Assembly (NCBI GenBank): GCA_963701295.1
Contig: OY969585.1
Coordinates: 1,216,001-1,280,000, forward strand
Direction: 5' to 3'
DNA from: Ignavibacteriota bacterium
Lineage (GTDB): Bacteria; Bacteroidota; Ignavibacteria; UBA10030
Length of the DNA stretch: 64,000 nt
Shown: positions 1 through 10,151 of the stretch, piece after piece
How the letters are laid out: every line of letters begins with the position of its first letter
Position numbering within the stretch: position 1 is the first letter of the stretch
The notes under the pieces: model-generated
Database searches by the model: none
What the model saw: the letters and a program-made list of their open reading frames with translations, nothing else
What the model was told of the DNA's origin: nothing
Position numbers and translations under genes: made by a program

Positions 1-1
1 G

Positions 2-352
2 CATTTCAGCGAAGGGGATTATGACTATTATATAGAGAAACGCAATGCGAGAGAAACGGAAGTAGCGTCAAAAGTAAACACAGCCGTTGCTTCGAAAAAA
101 CAAAAATCGCAGGCGAACGTACAGAAAAACAAATTAAAATGGAAAGAAGCGAAGGAACTTGAAACGATTGAACAGGATATTCTCAATGCAGAAGCCGAAG
201 TTGAACGCATTGAGAAAATATTTGTGTCACCTGATTTCTATGAAAAGCATGGTAATCAAATCGTGTTATTAACGGAAGAGCTTTCTGTCGCAAAAGTAAC
301 TGTTGACCGGCTTTACGCGCGTTGGCATAAACTGGAAGAATTACAGTCATGA
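2..352 (+). CDS. ABC-F family ATPase (Uup-like), C-terminal fragment; 5' end outside window
   Basis: Manual frame-2 translation HFSEGDYDYY...KLKWKEAKELETIEQDILNAE...DRLYARWHKLEELQS* resembles the Uup C-terminal coiled-coil domain; not in the ORF track. Confidence 0.8.
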   Translation, partial: HFSEGDYDYYIEKRNARETEVASKVNTAVASKKQKSQANVQKNKLKWKEAKELETIEQDILNAEAEVERIEKIFVSPDFYEKHGNQIVLLTEELSVAKVTVDRLYARWHKLEELQS

Positions 353-434
353 ATCAGTTGAATAAAACCATATCTCTTCCTATGTTATCAGTCAAGAAAG
401 TATGACAATGAAATCATTATAAGGAATCAATACA

Positions 435-1124
435 TTGAAACAGAGTCTCATTTCCGTGAAGAATAACATCATTAAAGCCGGCAAGAGAGCTTACGCGCGT
501 GGTTATGTTGCGGCGAATGATGGAAATATGAGCGTGCGTGTTGATGCGAAAAGAATTCTCATAACTCCAACCGGTGTCAGTAAGGGTTTCATGAAAGCAA
601 GCGAACTGGTCGTTGTGGATATGCACGGCAAAATAATCAGCGGCAAAAGAAAACCAACATCAGAAATTCAGATGCATCTCCAGATTTATAAAGAAAGGAC
701 TGATGTCAACAGTATATGTCACCTGCATCCTCCGTATGCGACTGGATTTGCGGTCGCTGGTATTCCGCTCGATCAATATGTTCTACAGGAGGTTGTTATC
801 ACACTTGGAACAATTCCCTTGGTTCCGTACGGAACTACAGGATCGGAAGAACTTTATAAACCGCTCCTCCCGCTCCTACAAAACTGTGATGCCTTTCTTC
901 TCGCTAATCACGGAGCACTCACAGTCGGTACAGACATTTTCAATGCCTATGACAAAATGGAAACGCTGGAGCACGTTGCTCGAATTATTTTCATTGCAAA
1001 GCAATTGGGCAATGTGAACACACTGAATGAGGAGCAAGTACAAAAATTAGCAGCGCTAAGGGAAAAATTTGGTATCAGAACTTCTCTTGGCAATGATTTC
1101 GGCAGGAGAGGTTCATCTCAATAA
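435..1124 (+). CDS. Class II aldolase/adducin family protein (fuculose-1-phosphate aldolase-like)
   Basis: GNMSVR, ITPTG, PTSE, HLHPPYA and LLANHG Zn-binding motifs. Confidence 0.85.
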   Translation: MKQSLISVKNNIIKAGKRAYARGYVAANDGNMSVRVDAKRILITPTGVSKGFMKASELVVVDMHGKIISGKRKPTSEIQMHLQIYKERTDVNSICHLHPPYATGFAVAGIPLDQYVLQEVVITLGTIPLVPYGTTGSEELYKPLLPLLQNCDAFLLANHGALTVGTDIFNAYDKMETLEHVARIIFIAKQLGNVNTLNEEQVQKLAALREKFGIRTSLGNDFGRRGSSQ

Positions 1125-1272
1125 AGAATTATAGGATTTGCACACGATAAATTTCTTCCTCATAGGGAAAATAAGTTTGCTCTCATGTTATTTTTAACAA
1201 AGAAGGATTAACAGAAAAATTCTTCACAAGAAAATATAATTCTCATTAGATGAACTTGTCAGATTAGTATAT

Positions 1273-2421
1273 ATGCGAAAAAGAAAAAAAGTATTTGTGA
1301 CCGGTTGTTTTGATATGCTTCACAGCGGTCACGTTGAATTCTTCACAGAAGCCGCGAAATATGGCGATGTGTATGTCGGCCTTGGTTCTGATGAAACCGT
1401 GTATAATCTGAAGGGACAATATCCGGTGAACAATCATGACGAACGAAAATTCATGATAGACGCTTTAGCATGTGTTAAAGAATGCATTGTCAATTCAGGA
1501 TCGGGTATTATGGACTTTATTCATGAGATAAAAACCATCAAACCGGATATCTTTATTGTCAATGAAGATGGGAATACTCCGGCAAAAGAAGAGCTTAGTA
1601 AGGAGCTGGGTATTGAATATATTGTCTTAAAGAGAACACCGCATGCGCATTTACCGGTTCGCTCAACGACGTCTCTGCGGGATGAGTGCACTATCCCATA
1701 TCGAATAGATTTAGCCGGTGGTTGGTTAGATCAACCGTATGTTGGCAAGTATGCAGCCGGACCTGTCCTGACAATCTCCATTGAGCCTACGATTGAATTC
1801 AATGAACGAAGTGGAATGGCTTCAAGTACCAGAAGAAAAGCAGTTGAACTTTGGTATACCAACATTCCTTCTGGCAATAGGGAAAAGCTATCAAAAATTC
1901 TCTTTAGTTATGAAAATCCTCCGGGAACAAAGATTATTGCTGGTTCACAAGATTCAATCGGTATTGTGATGCCGGGCCTGAACAAACTTGATTATGATGG
2001 AGAGTATTGGCCGAAACGTATTTCTTCAGTACATGATGAAACTGTTTTGTCATGGTTGGAAGATCATTTGTATTTGATTACTCTTGGTCCGCGTGAATAT
2101 GATTTTGACGTCCTTGCTAGTACAAACATCAATAAGATGAATGCGGAAGCATTACGGCTTGCGTCTGAAAAATGCTGGGACTCCATCTTACGAAGAGATA
2201 TAAAAATGTTTGGACAACACTTCAGAGAATCATTTGAAGCACAAACTAAAATGTTTCCCAATATGATCTTTGATGATATCCCCAAAATCATACATAAATA
2301 CAAGAATTCAGCATACGGTTGGAAACTCTCGGGGGCAGGGGGTGGAGGGTATTTAATCTTTGTTTCCGAAAAACCCATGAAGGGTGCAATGCAAATAAAA
2401 ATTTGCAGGAAAGCTCTCTAG
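1273..2421 (+). CDS. Cytidylyltransferase-like domain fused to GHMP sugar kinase (HddA-like)
   Basis: N-terminal GCFDMLHSGH (HxGH) motif; C-terminal RIDLAGGWLD, GSQD and GWKLSGAGGGG motifs. Confidence 0.8.
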   Translation: MRKRKKVFVTGCFDMLHSGHVEFFTEAAKYGDVYVGLGSDETVYNLKGQYPVNNHDERKFMIDALACVKECIVNSGSGIMDFIHEIKTIKPDIFIVNEDGNTPAKEELSKELGIEYIVLKRTPHAHLPVRSTTSLRDECTIPYRIDLAGGWLDQPYVGKYAAGPVLTISIEPTIEFNERSGMASSTRRKAVELWYTNIPSGNREKLSKILFSYENPPGTKIIAGSQDSIGIVMPGLNKLDYDGEYWPKRISSVHDETVLSWLEDHLYLITLGPREYDFDVLASTNINKMNAEALRLASEKCWDSILRRDIKMFGQHFRESFEAQTKMFPNMIFDDIPKIIHKYKNSAYGWKLSGAGGGGYLIFVSEKPMKGAMQIKICRKAL

Positions 2422-4922
2422 TGGGTTTTTTTTCGTTTGATTGTTTTATTCGTCGGTTTTGCTCTAAGCGGATCTTCCGGCCAAATATGCTTGGGGTAAC
2501 GCACGCGCATTTGAGTTCGGATTTCAGGATACACATTCGTCCAGAAGCTATGCAAATCTTGTGTCACCGCCACTAGACGCCTTGCGGGTGATAATAAATG
2601 AATCAACACGTTTACCTTCCCATTGCAAATCTTCGGCGTTTCAATCTGCCCGAATAATTCCTGTAACCGCACGGCAAGGACCGGCTGATCACTTGAGTAA
2701 TCCAGTGCAGCAATTGAACCACTCGGTAATTTAAGATGCGAAGGTGCAAGCCGGTCGAGTTCTTTTCTTTGTGCTTGAGTAAATCGCGATTGGAGAATTT
2801 CTTTGAGCGGTAATTTCTGTAATTGATCAGTACGACGAATACCATTAAGAAATGGCGCAAGCCATTCTTCCAAAGACGCAAACAGAGCTGCATCGGAACT
2901 ATCGGGAACATTTTCAAACGAACTGGAATATCTTCTTAGCCACTGAACTCTTTGTTGCAATGCGCGAGTCTCTTTATCCCACGGAAGGCATTGAATACCC
3001 ATCTGTCGAATGCCGTCGAGCATTGCCTTAAGGATATGTCCATTGTCCGCTTCCAAATTTTGTTCTGCAAGAATAACTGCGCCTAATTTTGTGACTTTTC
3101 GTGCGACAACTTTTTTCTCGTTTTCACTCCAATAAATTTCTTCATTATGTACTAAGTTTTCAGCAAACACTTTTTCCAATTGTTGCTGTTGTAATGGTGC
3201 GGCAAGAAATGCACGTACATCGGTGCCAAGTCCGTCGACTTCTCCGATAGCAAGAAATTCATCGCGTGCAAGAAGACTTCCGTTTGGTAAAACAACCGTT
3301 GTTCCGCTTGCCATTTGATAACGAGAGCTTTGGTTCTCGCGACGCCGCGCGATTCGATCGGGGTATGCAAAAGCCAAGAGAATTCCCGGTGCGGACTCTT
3401 CTTTTTCTTTTGATTCCTTGCTGATACCGGCTAACTGTTTTAATCGTTTCGATTGAGATAAAATGCGGTCACGAACACCTTCATCGCCTGCGCGATGCTG
3501 ATGCAAAATATGTAAACGCGATGCAAGATCAATATCGGTGTCTTTTTTTCCTGCGAGAATATCGCGTTCATCGAGAAGTGCTGCGATATCACATGCAAGC
3601 GAACTAAAACCTAATTCTTTCCCGCGCAGAATCATGTGAGCAAGTCTCGGATGTATGGGCAGCTCCGACATTGCTTTGCCATGCGATGTCAGTTTTCCTG
3701 TTTGATCAGCAGCGCCGAGATTTTTTAGCAATGCGCGTGCTTGTGCAAGATGTGCAAGCGGCGGTGGATCGAGAAATCGTAAGTTTGCACCATCTGGTGT
3801 TCCCCATCGAGTAAGATCGAGCGTCAAAGGCGCAAGATCAGCGGTTTTGATTTCCGGCTGAGGATACTTGGAAAGCATCTCGTGCTCAGTTTCCATCCAC
3901 AGACGATAACAGACACCGGGCTGTTGGCGTCCTGCACGTCCGCGTCGTTGATCGGCGACTGCTTTGGAAACAGGTACCGTTACCAATCCGGACATTCCTC
4001 GCCGTACGTCAAACTGAGAAATGCGAGCCAATCCAGAATCAATAACCACGCATACACCGTCAATCGTTAAACTTGTTTCAGCAACGCTAGTGGAGAGAAT
4101 CACTTTCCGTTTACCGGATGATGCAGGAGATAATGCCGCCGATTGCTGTTGGTACGGTGCGTCTCCATAGAGCAAATGAACAAGCACATCTTCCGATAAG
4201 CGTTTTTCCCAAAGAAGATTTTCCACACGCCTCATCTCGCGCTGTCCCGGAAGAAAAACAAGGAGATCGCCTTCCTGTTCATCCAATGCTCGCAAAATAG
4301 TATCAACAATTCGGGCTTCGATAGATTTTTCCGAGGTGAATCGAGCATAGTGCGTGGTGACCGGAAAGCTTTGCCCTTTGCTCTCAATAATAGGTGCATC
4401 ACCGAGTAACTTTGCAATCGCCAAGCCATCGAGTGTGGCTGACATAACGAGAATTCGTATATCTGGGCGCAAGTGTTCTTGCACATCAAGTGTCATCGCA
4501 AGACCGAGATCGGCATGGATACTGCGTTCATGAAACTCATCGAAGATAACAATTGCAACGTTCGGAAGTTCCGGTTCGTGCTGAAGGAGTCTGGTCAAAA
4601 TTCCTTCGGTGACTACTTCTATTCTCGTCTGTTTGCTTACAAATGTTTCACCGCGGATGCGATAGCCGACCGTTTCACCGATTTTTTCGCTCAGATAAGC
4701 GGCCATGTATTCTGCGGCTCGGCGGGCTGCGAGACGGCGCGGCTCGAGCATAATGATCTTCTTTTGAGCCATCCATTCTAATGCAAGAAGAGCGATAGGA
4801 ACTTGAGTCGTTTTTCCAGCTCCGGGAGGCGCGGAAAGAACTATATTCTTGGTATGTTGAAACATCTCCAGTAGTTCCTGTAAGACGCTTTCGATTGGAT
4901 ATGATCGTTCGACTTCCTGCAT
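2418..4922 (-). CDS. hrpB: ATP-dependent RNA helicase HrpB
   Basis: APPGAGKTT, DEFHER, MSAT, QRRGRAGR and HrpB C-terminal VRLQELFG...RYPKHIWPEDP; ATG 4922 chosen as start. Confidence 0.93.
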   Translation of the reverse strand: MQEVERSYPIESVLQELLEMFQHTKNIVLSAPPGAGKTTQVPIALLALEWMAQKKIIMLEPRRLAARRAAEYMAAYLSEKIGETVGYRIRGETFVSKQTRIEVVTEGILTRLLQHEPELPNVAIVIFDEFHERSIHADLGLAMTLDVQEHLRPDIRILVMSATLDGLAIAKLLGDAPIIESKGQSFPVTTHYARFTSEKSIEARIVDTILRALDEQEGDLLVFLPGQREMRRVENLLWEKRLSEDVLVHLLYGDAPYQQQSAALSPASSGKRKVILSTSVAETSLTIDGVCVVIDSGLARISQFDVRRGMSGLVTVPVSKAVADQRRGRAGRQQPGVCYRLWMETEHEMLSKYPQPEIKTADLAPLTLDLTRWGTPDGANLRFLDPPPLAHLAQARALLKNLGAADQTGKLTSHGKAMSELPIHPRLAHMILRGKELGFSSLACDIAALLDERDILAGKKDTDIDLASRLHILHQHRAGDEGVRDRILSQSKRLKQLAGISKESKEKEESAPGILLAFAYPDRIARRRENQSSRYQMASGTTVVLPNGSLLARDEFLAIGEVDGLGTDVRAFLAAPLQQQQLEKVFAENLVHNEEIYWSENEKKVVARKVTKLGAVILAEQNLEADNGHILKAMLDGIRQMGIQCLPWDKETRALQQRVQWLRRYSSSFENVPDSSDAALFASLEEWLAPFLNGIRRTDQLQKLPLKEILQSRFTQAQRKELDRLAPSHLKLPSGSIAALDYSSDQPVLAVRLQELFGQIETPKICNGKVNVLIHLLSPARRLVAVTQDLHSFWTNVYPEIRTQMRVRYPKHIWPEDPLRAKPTNKTIKRKKTH

Positions 4923-5000
4923 ACGTTTGTTCGCTTTAAGCGAAATAATCTTCAATATGCAAAAAGTCTTTCAGGTATGCACGTGTTTGTTACAAGCGCA

Positions 5001-5966
5001 TTATATCTGTTGGAGTGATTCCAGAGTTGTTTTGAGTTTTGCAGCGGAAGACCGAAAACCTTGTTCTTCTTCAGCGCTCATAGTCAGTGTTAGAATTTCT
5101 TCCACACCATGTACACCGACAACACATGGCAGGCTGAGACAAATATCTTGAACTCCGTATTGTCCTGTCATCAAAGTCGAAATGGAGAGCACAGATCGGT
5201 AATTACCAAGGATGGCTTCCACGATCGAAAGTAATCCGAGTCCGATAGCGTAATATGTCGATCCTTTGCGTTTAATAATTTCGTACGCGGCGTCTCGCAC
5301 ACTTACAAAGAGCTTGTTCATTTCTTCTTGATCGTAGTGTTTGTTCTTAAGCGGGGCAAATTCCTGCAGCCGTACGCCGCCAATGTTTGCCATGCTCCAC
5401 AACGGAATTTCGCTGTCACCGTGCTCACCGACGATGTACGCATGCACACTGCGCGTATCAACTTCGTAAAATTGTCCGAGCAGGAATCGAAAGCGAGAGG
5501 TGTCTAAGATCGTTCCGGACCCGATCACCTTTGTCGGCGAAAGGTTGGATTCCTTCAATGAAATATAGGTAAGGATATCGACTGGATTTGTTGTAATGAG
5601 AATAATACCATGAGGATTGTGTTTTACAACCTGAGGAATAATGGATCGAAAAATAGCTGCGTTTCTTGCAAGAAGATCCAAACGAGTTTCACCGGGTTTT
5701 TGAGAAGCCCCTGCTGTAATAACGACAACCTTTGCACCGGACAGATCGGAAAAAGTACCTGCTGAAATTTTCATCGGCTTTGTAAAAGAAAGCCCGTGGT
5801 TTAAATCCATCATTTCACCCACGGCTTTTTCTGCATTTGCATCTACGAGTACAAGTTCGGATGCAATCCCTCGCTGCATCAACGCATACGCAAACGATGA
5901 ACCAACCAATCCCGTTCCAACCAAGCCTACTTTATGCGAAGATCCTATTTCTGGAAATGTGTTCAT
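5001..5966 (-). CDS. ldh: L-lactate dehydrogenase
   Basis: GTGLVG, TAGASQKPGETRLDL (Gln specificity residue), GTILDTSRF, GEHGDS, KGSTYYAIG; ATG 5966 has a GGAG SD. Confidence 0.92.
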   Translation of the reverse strand: MNTFPEIGSSHKVGLVGTGLVGSSFAYALMQRGIASELVLVDANAEKAVGEMMDLNHGLSFTKPMKISAGTFSDLSGAKVVVITAGASQKPGETRLDLLARNAAIFRSIIPQVVKHNPHGIILITTNPVDILTYISLKESNLSPTKVIGSGTILDTSRFRFLLGQFYEVDTRSVHAYIVGEHGDSEIPLWSMANIGGVRLQEFAPLKNKHYDQEEMNKLFVSVRDAAYEIIKRKGSTYYAIGLGLLSIVEAILGNYRSVLSISTLMTGQYGVQDICLSLPCVVGVHGVEEILTLTMSAEEEQGFRSSAAKLKTTLESLQQI

Positions 5967-6279
5967 AATCTCCGATAATATAATGAAAAACATTCATGGA
6001 TCTCTCTTTGTATTACAAACAAGATCGAGCAGATGGAGGTTCCTCACCGATGATATCCCCAAGTTCCATTTCATTGCTTCGATAGTGATTTCTTATTACA
6101 TTTCATGCAGTTGTAGAGATTCTTTTGAGTGTTGAAAGACCACCGAGCTGCCAGCAGGTTCATTGTTGAATTTGTCGCGTGGCTCGCTTCGTTTTCGTCA
6201 GAAATGCGGGAACAGATGCACTCTGTTCCTCGTCAGAATAGAGTTGAAGAATGTCATATTTATATAAGAGGAGTATACT

Positions 6280-7263
6280 GTGGATATCAAGACTATCAAT
6301 GAAATGATTCAGCGTGAAAGCGCATTTGTGGAGTCGCTGACATCGGAAGTCGGTAAGGTTATCGTCGGCCAGAAAAATATGGTAGACCGCTTGCTTATCG
6401 GTATGTTGTGCAACGGACACATACTTTTAGAAGGGGTGCCCGGACTGGCAAAAACACTTGCCATTAAAACGCTGGCAGCGGCTGTCAACGCTAAATTCCA
6501 GCGTATCCAATTTACACCTGACTTGCTGCCTGCGGATCTCGTCGGAACGATGATTTACAATCAAAAAGACGGAAAGTTTTTCACACGGAAAGGTCCCCTC
6601 TTTTCCAATTTTATTCTTGCAGATGAAATTAACCGAGCGCCGGCAAAAGTGCAAAGCGCGCTGCTTGAGGCGATGCAGGAGCGCCAGGTTACTATTGGTG
6701 AAGAGACGTTCAAGCTTGAAGAACCATTTCTTGTGCTGGCGACGCAAAATCCGATTGAACAAGAAGGAACATACCCGCTTCCCGAAGCACAGGTTGACCG
6801 CTTTATGCTGAAAGTAAAAATCGGTTATCCGTCGCGTGAAGAAGAACTACTTATTATGCGTCAGAATGTTCTGGGAAATGAGAAGAGTGTAAAAGCCGTC
6901 GTGTCGACAAAAGAAATCCTGTCTGCCCGTGAAGTTATGAGGCAGGTGTATATGGATGAAAAAATCGAACGGTACATTCTTGATATCGTATTTGCGACGC
7001 GTGAACCAAAGAATTTTAAATTGGAAAAGCTTGCACCGCTTATCAGTTACGGCGCGTCGCCGCGCGCTTCTATTAATCTAGCGTTGGCCGCAAAAGCACA
7101 TGCCTTTATAAAGAGGCGCGGTTATGTCATTCCGGAAGACGTGCGCGCAATTTGTCCCGATGTCATGCGCCATCGCGTTGCCGTAACATACGAAGCAGAA
7201 GCGGAAGAGATTACGCCAGAGCAGATCGTAACGGAAATTTTAAATCATGTGGAAGTGCCTTAG
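6280..7263 (+). CDS. moxR: MoxR family AAA+ ATPase
   Basis: LLEGVPGLAKT, RIQFTPDLLPAD, DEINRA, NPIEQEGTYPLPEAQVDRF; GAGGAG SD before GTG. Confidence 0.95.
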   Translation: MDIKTINEMIQRESAFVESLTSEVGKVIVGQKNMVDRLLIGMLCNGHILLEGVPGLAKTLAIKTLAAAVNAKFQRIQFTPDLLPADLVGTMIYNQKDGKFFTRKGPLFSNFILADEINRAPAKVQSALLEAMQERQVTIGEETFKLEEPFLVLATQNPIEQEGTYPLPEAQVDRFMLKVKIGYPSREEELLIMRQNVLGNEKSVKAVVSTKEILSAREVMRQVYMDEKIERYILDIVFATREPKNFKLEKLAPLISYGASPRASINLALAAKAHAFIKRRGYVIPEDVRAICPDVMRHRVAVTYEAEAEEITPEQIVTEILNHVEVP

Positions 7264-7353
7264 ACCATTTTATAATTTTCGATTGAATGATATGATGATT
7301 ATAAACATTCTGATATTCTATCAATGGAATGACAATTGACCACTGTTAACTAA

Positions 7354-8229
7354 ATGGAAACCAAGGAACTTTTAAAAAAAGTCAGGCAGTTGGAAATACG
7401 CACACGGGGGTTGGTGAATCAAGTATTCACAGGTGAATACCATTCCGTCTTCAAGGGACGTGGCATGGAATTCTCTGAAGTGCGTGAGTACCAGTATGGC
7501 GACGACATGCGGATGATCGATTGGAATGTCACTGCGCGTTTCAATCATCCATTTATAAAAATCTTTGAAGAAGAACGAGAATTGACGGTCATGCTGGTTG
7601 TCGATATGAGCGGCTCGCAGTTCTTCGGTTCGCAATCTGCATTGAAGCGGGATATCGCACTGGAATTAAGCGCTATCCTTGCTTTCTCGGCGATGAAAAA
7701 CAACGATAAGGTCGGATTGATTCTCTTTACCGACCGCATAGAGAAATTTGTTCCTCCGCGAAAAGGACGTGGTCATGCACTTCGCATTGTCCGCGAGTTG
7801 CTTTCGTTCGAACCGGTACGTCCGGCAACCAGTATCAGGACAGCATTGGAATATCTTAACCATGTTCAAAAAAAACGCGGCATCATTTTCGTCATTTCTG
7901 ATTTTATGGATAGCGGCTATGAAGCTGCACTCCGCATTGCAGGCAAACGACACGACTTGATCGGTATTGTGTTGCAAGATCCGCGCGAGAACGACCTGCC
8001 CAACGTCGGACTGATGAATTTGCGTGACGCCGAATCAGGTGCAACCAGATTAATCGATACATCTGATGCACATGTGCGATCCTTCTATCGCCACTTTAAC
8101 CATCAAATGCAGGAAGTGCGTAAGTCGCTCTTTATTAAGTCAAGGCTCGATGATATAGAAGTGCACCTCGACCAGCCGTACCTTAAACCACTGATTGATT
8201 TTTTCCGATTGAGGGAGAAGAGATGGTAA
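7354..8229 (+). CDS. DUF58 family VWA-like protein
   Basis: GEYHSVFKGRGMEFSEVREY..GDD.R.IDWNVTAR signature; follows moxR. Confidence 0.92.
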   Translation: METKELLKKVRQLEIRTRGLVNQVFTGEYHSVFKGRGMEFSEVREYQYGDDMRMIDWNVTARFNHPFIKIFEEERELTVMLVVDMSGSQFFGSQSALKRDIALELSAILAFSAMKNNDKVGLILFTDRIEKFVPPRKGRGHALRIVRELLSFEPVRPATSIRTALEYLNHVQKKRGIIFVISDFMDSGYEAALRIAGKRHDLIGIVLQDPRENDLPNVGLMNLRDAESGATRLIDTSDAHVRSFYRHFNHQMQEVRKSLFIKSRLDDIEVHLDQPYLKPLIDFFRLREKRW

Positions 8230-9167
8230 TGATAAGGAAATTTCTTATCTGCTTCGTTCTCTGGTCTGGTATCGGATTGTCCCAGGATGTTCGATTAACC
8301 GCAGAAACAAATACAAACACCTTTCCTCTTGGTAGTTGGATTGATGTGCATGTAGAAGGAAAATCTGATATTGCGATTGGCTCGATTGCACCAATAGTGA
8401 AAGACAGCATTGGTTCGTTTGAAATTGTAACAGTAGAGCGTAAAGGTACTGAATTTCAATGGTTGATTCGTTTAACGACTATTGATTCCGGAAAAGTCTT
8501 TCTGCCACCAGTTGAGTTTGGTTATAAAGTGAGAGGCGATACAAACACACATAAAGCGTTTTCCAATTCGCTCCTCTTGACTATCACCGGCATGATTATC
8601 GATCCTCAGGGTGAAATCAAAGATATTAAACCGCCGATGAGCGCGCCATGGTTGTTTGAAGATTTTTTGCCGTACCTGATCGCATTGATCATTCTTGCCG
8701 CCCTTGCAAGCGGGTATTACTATTACCGGCGAAAAATGAAACAGAAAAAAGATATTTTAGCTGATGTCAAAGTGGTTATTCCGCCGCACCGCGAAGCATT
8801 GACAGCATTGCGGGTGCTTGAAGAAAAGAAATTGTGGCAGCAGGGATTGGTGAAAGAATATTATTCGGAAGTCACAGAGATCATCCGGCGATTCTTTGAG
8901 CGGCGATGGAATATCATTGCGCTGGAAATGACAACAGATGAAATCCTGGTACAAATAAAACATATTCCTGAAGCATTGATAGTCTGGAAAGAAATGGGAT
9001 CGTTTTTTCTTACTGCGGATTTGGTGAAGTTTGCAAAATATCAACCGGCACCCGATGAACACGAACAAGAAATACATTCAGCATATGAGATTGTGCGTTC
9101 GATGGTGCCGAAAACTTCTATCGAGACAGAACCGCAATCACAGGAGGTCACTGTCGATGTTCGGTGA
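8223..9167 (+). CDS. Bat-operon membrane protein (signal peptide, Ig-like region, single TM helix)
   Basis: IKDIKPP, TM helix, ALEMTTDE and ADLVKFAK motifs typical of the gene between DUF58 and batA. Confidence 0.75.
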   Translation: MVMIRKFLICFVLWSGIGLSQDVRLTAETNTNTFPLGSWIDVHVEGKSDIAIGSIAPIVKDSIGSFEIVTVERKGTEFQWLIRLTTIDSGKVFLPPVEFGYKVRGDTNTHKAFSNSLLLTITGMIIDPQGEIKDIKPPMSAPWLFEDFLPYLIALIILAALASGYYYYRRKMKQKKDILADVKVVIPPHREALTALRVLEEKKLWQQGLVKEYYSEVTEIIRRFFERRWNIIALEMTTDEILVQIKHIPEALIVWKEMGSFFLTADLVKFAKYQPAPDEHEQEIHSAYEIVRSMVPKTSIETEPQSQEVTVDVR

Positions 9168-10149
9168 TAAGTTTGCAAATCCTGTATTCTTATGGCTGTT
9201 ATTTTTTTTACCGGCAATCGGATACTATCTTTGGTGGCGTCGCAGAAAAATGACGGTGGTTTTGCAATTCTCGTCTTTGCAGGTCTTCGGTAAGATTCCA
9301 AAGACAGTGCGTGAACGAATGCGCCACATTCCCATGGGACTGCGCATAATGACAATCGCACTCTTCATTATTGCATTGGCACGTCCGCAATCGGTTTTGG
9401 ATAAACAGAATATATCGACCGAAGGAATCGATATTGTGCTTGAGCTAGATCTCTCCGGCAGCATGCTTGCAGAAGATTTTAGCCCCAATCGTATCGAAGC
9501 GGCAAAGCAAGTTGCTTCGGAATTTATTGACGGCCGCACGAATGACCGTATCGGACTGGTAGTATTTTCCTCAGAAAGCTTTACACAATGCCCGCTTACC
9601 ACCGATTATCCTGTGTTAAAAAATCTTTTGCGCGAAGTAAACAATGGGATGATTGCCGATGGTACCGCTATCGGTCTTGCAATCGCTAATGGAGTAAATC
9701 GTTTAAAGGACAGCAAGGCAAAAAGTAAGGTGATGATACTCCTTACGGATGGTGTAAATAATCGAGGTGAGATTGATCCTCTCACTGGAGCGAGGATCGC
9801 TGCAACGTATGGTATCCGCATCTACACGGTTGGCGTGGGAGCGCAAGGTGAAGCACCATATCCCGTGCAAACACCGTTTGGTATTCGCCGCCAGATGATT
9901 CCGGTTGATCTCGATGAGAAAGTCCTTACACAAGTGGCAGACATGACTGGCGGTAAATATTATCGTGCCACAGATAATCGAAAATTGAAAGCAATCTACA
10001 AAGAGATTGACCAACTTGAACGGACAAAAATTGAAGTGATGGCCTATAAGCGGTACTCGGAATTATATAGTGGATGGTTAATCGCGGGTCTCCTTACGCT
10101 TCTATTAGAAATAGGATTGACAAGTACGTTACTGAGGAAGAATCCATAG
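9157..10149 (+). CDS. batA: BatA VWA-domain protein
   Basis: FANP.FLWLL N-terminus, ALARPQ, MIDAS DLSGSM, LLTDG; ATG 9157 preceded by AGGAGG. Confidence 0.92.
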   Translation: MFGDKFANPVFLWLLFFLPAIGYYLWWRRRKMTVVLQFSSLQVFGKIPKTVRERMRHIPMGLRIMTIALFIIALARPQSVLDKQNISTEGIDIVLELDLSGSMLAEDFSPNRIEAAKQVASEFIDGRTNDRIGLVVFSSESFTQCPLTTDYPVLKNLLREVNNGMIADGTAIGLAIANGVNRLKDSKAKSKVMILLTDGVNNRGEIDPLTGARIAATYGIRIYTVGVGAQGEAPYPVQTPFGIRRQMIPVDLDEKVLTQVADMTGGKYYRATDNRKLKAIYKEIDQLERTKIEVMAYKRYSELYSGWLIAGLLTLLLEIGLTSTLLRKNP

Positions 10150-10151
10150 TC

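Noticed and set aside
6100-6260. Structured RNA in the moxR leader
   Set aside because: One 8-bp hairpin (GGAACAGA/TCTGTTCC) is not enough evidence for an ncRNA
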